The position numbers were made by a program, and so were the translations under genes. A stretch of 37,937 nt of DNA, from IMG/VR virus record IMGVR_UViG_3300012953_000078, positions 1 to 37,937 of that record. One strand, written 5' to 3'. Source of the stretch: a virus (lineage: Duplodnaviria; Caudoviricetes). The notes beneath the pieces were generated by a model. The model was not told the DNA's origin. It saw only the letters and a list, made by a program, of their open reading frames with translations, and did no database searches. Positions 34,508 to 37,937 of this stretch are shown here, piece after piece. Positions within the stretch are counted from its first letter, which is position 1. Each line of letters starts with the position of its first letter.

Positions 34508-37357
34508 TTAAATTTCGTAGTATTCATAACCTGTAGCCATTCTGGTATGCCAAACTAAATTGCCATCACCAGCACCTACTAAGTCGAGTGACGATGCTAT
34601 TATACCACCAACTTGTGTAATTGTGCCAATTGTTAAGGATGCATTACAATCAGTACCCTCTGAATCTTTAAAGCAAAGTTTTTGATTGCTATCCTGAACA
34701 GAAAATCCGTATGTGTTTTGTAATATCGTTGCAGGGTATGTAGTACCACCAACAACACTAATGGTTGCGTTAGATGATCCAGTTTCTGCAGCAGTTTGGG
34801 TAAATGATGCATCAGCAACTCTATACGTACCTAATGCATTATCAGGTGCAAGATTAGTAGTTGATGAATCCTGTACGATGTTTGTTATCTTTAACTCAGC
34901 ATTACAATCATTACCATCAAGATCCTTAAAGCACACTCTCTGTCCGTTACCCATAACAGTGTAACCTCCAGAGTTGTTGGTTATAACACCACTATATGTA
35001 GTACCAGCAGCAACTGCAAAACTAACACTAACGTTACCATTTCGTACACCTTTAGTTTGTGTTAAAGCATGAGATGCTCCAACTACAATATGATTGATTG
35101 ATACACCTGCTTGACTAGTGTTATCATTATAATCAAACCTAAAGGTAACTGAACCAACACCACTACCAACAATAACTAAGTTGGCATTACTATCAAACGT
35201 AGCAGTTACACCATCATTGTTTAGAATCCATAAGGAAGAATTACAATCTGTTCCATCACGATCTCTAAGACAAATTCTCTTACCAGCATTATCAATACTA
35301 AATCCACCCTCATTACCATCAAGAATCGTTGCATATGTACCAGGTGCAAGTCCTTGTAGAGTTTTAGTTTCTGTACCTGATTGAGTTGATCCCCTTTCAA
35401 ATCCAACACCACCTATAGACCAAGTACCTAATGCTTGATCCCATGAACTAGGTCTGTCATTCCATGTCAAGTTTGCTGTTATAGTTGCTGTTCCTGTACC
35501 TTCACAAATAATTCCACCACCATTATCAAACCTTGTAGTAACAGCACTAGTAGTAGTTTCTGATGATAGATTTTCATCCCAAGCAAAGTTAAGTACTGCT
35601 GTTGCCTGACCATTACCATTAGCTTTCAATGCTCCATTAGAAAGAAATTCTAATGTGACATTACTAGATGCTGCTGGATAAGATAGAGTCCATGCATTAC
35701 CTCCTGGATTATCAGTCCAGTTATCATTACCATGTGATACGTTAGTAACAGTACAACCTAATACATGCGGTCCTTTTGAAACATTACTTAGAGTAGTTGT
35801 AGCAGAAGTACTCTGTATATTTGTAGAAGATGCTACCTGTGTACCATCAAGACTCCATGTACCATTATCATCAACAGAATACTCAAGAACATAATTACCA
35901 GCATAAGGTATATCAACATTCCAATTAGCAGAATGAGTACCTATTAAAGGATCAGTATTAGATGGGTAGACAGCATACTTACCCATGAAAGTACCCCATG
36001 ATGGATGAGGTTGACCAGTAACCCAGTTGATAGCATTACCAGAAATACAAGCACCACCCTGACATATTTTTATATAATATCCACCTGGATTTCTAAACCA
36101 ATTAAAAGCATGACCCTCTGGATCTCCATTTCCTAATCCTGGAAATCCACCATCAGAATTAGTAACCATGACCACAAGTTTTAATGTACCAGCATTTAAT
36201 GTAGTAGTTGTTGTATGAGGAGTGGAATTTGCTCCAGTTCTCGCCATTCCTCCTGTAATATCAAACAATGCTGTTGATGAATCATTTAAATACATCTTTC
36301 CTGTATCATCTGCACCAAATTCAATCCCATAAGTATCAGTCTCAGGTATAGGAATCTGATAAGTAATGACTTGTGTTAAACGTGGTAGAGTACAGACCAT
36401 AGGGTTTACCCATACTGCATAATCATTAGCAGCATCACTCCAGTAACCAGCATTAGTACCTGTACTTGCAGAAATTAGTGAGTAAATTTGGAAGATACCA
36501 TTACAATCTTCACCATGACCATCCTTTAAACATAATTTTGTATTATTTTCTTGTACAATTATAGGATTATTAGCAGAGTTTAAATTACCATAGGTTATTG
36601 GATATGTTGCTGCACCAGTAACCTGAAAACTTAATGTCTCTTCACCTGAATATGCTCCACCACCTGCACCATCACCTCGTGTCCAAGTCACACCATTAAC
36701 AGTAATAGTATCTACTGAAACACCAGCAGTACCAGGATTGTCACCCCAAGATAATCTTAATATTAAATTACCACTACCAGTACCTGTAACAACTATATTC
36801 TGTGCTGTGCTATCAAATACTGCTGTTAAAGTTCCTGCAGGTTCTGTAGTCCAACCCTGATCAGATGTAACTGCAAAAGTAACAGGGCTAGATTTCTCTC
36901 TCTTATATTTTAATACTGATGTTCCATTGGCATAGTAAAATAGAATAGGTTTAATATTAATATCAGGATCAAAAGGAGAACAAGTATTAGGTCCTAACTC
37001 TGGAACATAAAAATTATCATCCAATCCAAACTGACCATTACCTGCATCAATATATGGTGCAGAAGAATCGATGTCATCATAATCATATAAGTATCCATCT
37101 ACACAATCATAGTACTCATAGGTTCCATCATCTAAAAGTCTTCTCTTACATTTTCTACTAGTTAAGTAAGGTGGAGGGGGATCAAAAAGATCTGTTACTG
37201 GAGTCCATAACTCAGGATCTATTGGTGGGAAAAAATCATATGTAAGATCATCATCCGTAGGTACCCTAGCAGGTCTACCCTGTGCTGCTGCCTCTTCATC
37301 AGTTAGAGGTACATCACAGACAGGACCAAAACTACCTTCAGGATAATACTTTGCCAT
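34508..37357 (-). CDS. Large beta-rich, probably virion-associated protein with PA14-like segments and four Cys-containing repeats
   Basis: Segments YGIEFGADDTG and YVLEYSVDDNG, W..NPGG twice, and C(L/F)(K/R)D..G.DCN four times; late promoter upstream. Confidence 0.65.
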   Translation of the reverse strand: MAKYYPEGSFGPVCDVPLTDEEAAAQGRPARVPTDDDLTYDFFPPIDPELWTPVTDLFDPPPPYLTSRKCKRRLLDDGTYEYYDCVDGYLYDYDDIDSSAPYIDAGNGQFGLDDNFYVPELGPNTCSPFDPDINIKPILFYYANGTSVLKYKREKSSPVTFAVTSDQGWTTEPAGTLTAVFDSTAQNIVVTGTGSGNLILRLSWGDNPGTAGVSVDTITVNGVTWTRGDGAGGGAYSGEETLSFQVTGAATYPITYGNLNSANNPIIVQENNTKLCLKDGHGEDCNGIFQIYSLISASTGTNAGYWSDAANDYAVWVNPMVCTLPRLTQVITYQIPIPETDTYGIEFGADDTGKMYLNDSSTALFDITGGMARTGANSTPHTTTTTLNAGTLKLVVMVTNSDGGFPGLGNGDPEGHAFNWFRNPGGYYIKICQGGACISGNAINWVTGQPHPSWGTFMGKYAVYPSNTDPLIGTHSANWNVDIPYAGNYVLEYSVDDNGTWSLDGTQVASSTNIQSTSATTTLSNVSKGPHVLGCTVTNVSHGNDNWTDNPGGNAWTLSYPAASSNVTLEFLSNGALKANGNGQATAVLNFAWDENLSSETTTSAVTTRFDNGGGIICEGTGTATITANLTWNDRPSSWDQALGTWSIGGVGFERGSTQSGTETKTLQGLAPGTYATILDGNEGGFSIDNAGKRICLRDRDGTDCNSSLWILNNDGVTATFDSNANLVIVGSGVGSVTFRFDYNDNTSQAGVSINHIVVGASHALTQTKGVRNGNVSVSFAVAAGTTYSGVITNNSGGYTVMGNGQRVCFKDLDGNDCNAELKITNIVQDSSTTNLAPDNALGTYRVADASFTQTAAETGSSNATISVVGGTTYPATILQNTYGFSVQDSNQKLCFKDSEGTDCNASLTIGTITQVGGIIASSLDLVGAGDGNLVWHTRMATGYEYYEI

Positions 37358-37378
37358 TCTACTACAATTCTATATGAA

Positions 37379-37386
37379 TATTTATG
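37379..37386 (-). promoter_or_regulatory. Late promoter CATAAATA
   Basis: Intergenic, 21 nt upstream of the ATG at 37357. Confidence 0.65.
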
Positions 37387-37393
37387 ATCGACC

Positions 37394-37465
37394 CTACAGA
37401 CAAAAAAATACCTCGGATTTTTTTCCGAGGTATTTGGGAATCAAAGGTCGAAATAATATATGACC
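37394..37465 (-). terminator. psbA terminator, within the conserved ~70-nt element (copy B)
   Basis: 12-bp stem AAATACCTCGGA/TCCGAGGTATTT with an A-rich loop and a U-tract. Confidence 0.85.
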
Positions 37466-37937
37466 TTATCCAATTGCAGGTGCAGTAAGTGCAACTTCAG
37501 TTGTCTCAGCAGTTGCCAAGTCAAGTGGGAAGTTGTGAGCATTACGCTCGTGCATTACTTCCATACCAAGGTTTGCTCTCTTAAGAACGTCACCCCAAGT
37601 AGGAACAACCTTACCTGATGCATCAACAACTGATTGGTTGAAGTTAAATCCATTTAGGTTGAATGCCATTGTGCAAATACCCATTGAAGTTAACCAGATG
37701 CATACTACAGGGAATGTAGCAAGGAAGAAGTGAAGACTACGACTATTGTTAAAGCTAGCATATTGGAAGATAAGTCTACCAAAGTATCCATGTGCTGCAA
37801 CAATGTTGTATGTTTCTTCTTCTTGTCCGAATTTGTATCCATAGTTCTGTGACTCGTTATCTGTTGTCTCTCTGATTAGAGAAGATGTTACAAGTGAACC
37901 GTGCATTGCTGAGAAGAGTGCTCCTCCGAACATACCA
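37466..37937 (-). CDS. psbA: Photosystem II D1 protein, C-terminal part (5' end beyond the window)
   Basis: [39 protein letters not shown] and [17 protein letters not shown]; the [13 protein letters not shown] and WGDVL variants are Prochlorococcus-type. Confidence 0.98.
   Translation of the reverse strand, partial: GMFGGALFSAMHGSLVTSSLIRETTDNESQNYGYKFGQEEETYNIVAAHGYFGRLIFQYASFNNSRSLHFFLATFPVVCIWLTSMGICTMAFNLNGFNFNQSVVDASGKVVPTWGDVLKRANLGMEVMHERNAHNFPLDLATAETTEVALTAPAIG

Noticed and set aside
1-37937. tRNA genes, introns, inteins and homing endonucleases
   Set aside because: None were recognised: the intergenic gaps lack tRNA cloverleaf motifs, and thyX, phoH and the visible part of psbA are uninterrupted.

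Overview
This window is part of a T4-like cyanomyophage genome, most likely a Prochlorococcus phage judging by the Prochlorococcus-type D1 sequence. Almost all genes are on the minus strand. From right to left: partial psbA; a 949-aa repeat-containing protein; small conserved genes; a host-like outer-membrane beta-barrel gene; glutaredoxin; thyX; phoH; an exonuclease; gp33; gp32; a convergent plus-strand gp48-gp53 pair; gp4; a tube-like gene; gp26; two tape-measure-like paralogs; a hub-like gene; CP12; cpeT; gp5; a cluster of 2OG-Fe(II) oxygenases with purN and a thioredoxin; and tail-fibre/structural genes. The most notable observations are: (1) a probable programmed -1 frameshift (U_UUU_UUC with GGAGG 10 nt upstream) that fuses gp26 to an ATG-less downstream frame directly ahead of two paralogous tape-measure-like genes, resembling the lambda gpG/gpGT chaperone arrangement; (2) a ~70-nt element with compensatory base changes, present twice directly after stop codons; (3) a structured leader with mutually exclusive pairings upstream of the beta-barrel gene; (4) two 2OG-oxygenase paralogs that have lost their iron ligands; (5) nested domain repeats in the 949-aa protein; (6) a frameshift-split structural gene; (7) a perfect 20-bp palindrome early in the large fibre gene. 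All calls come from reading the sequence by eye; no database searches were run.
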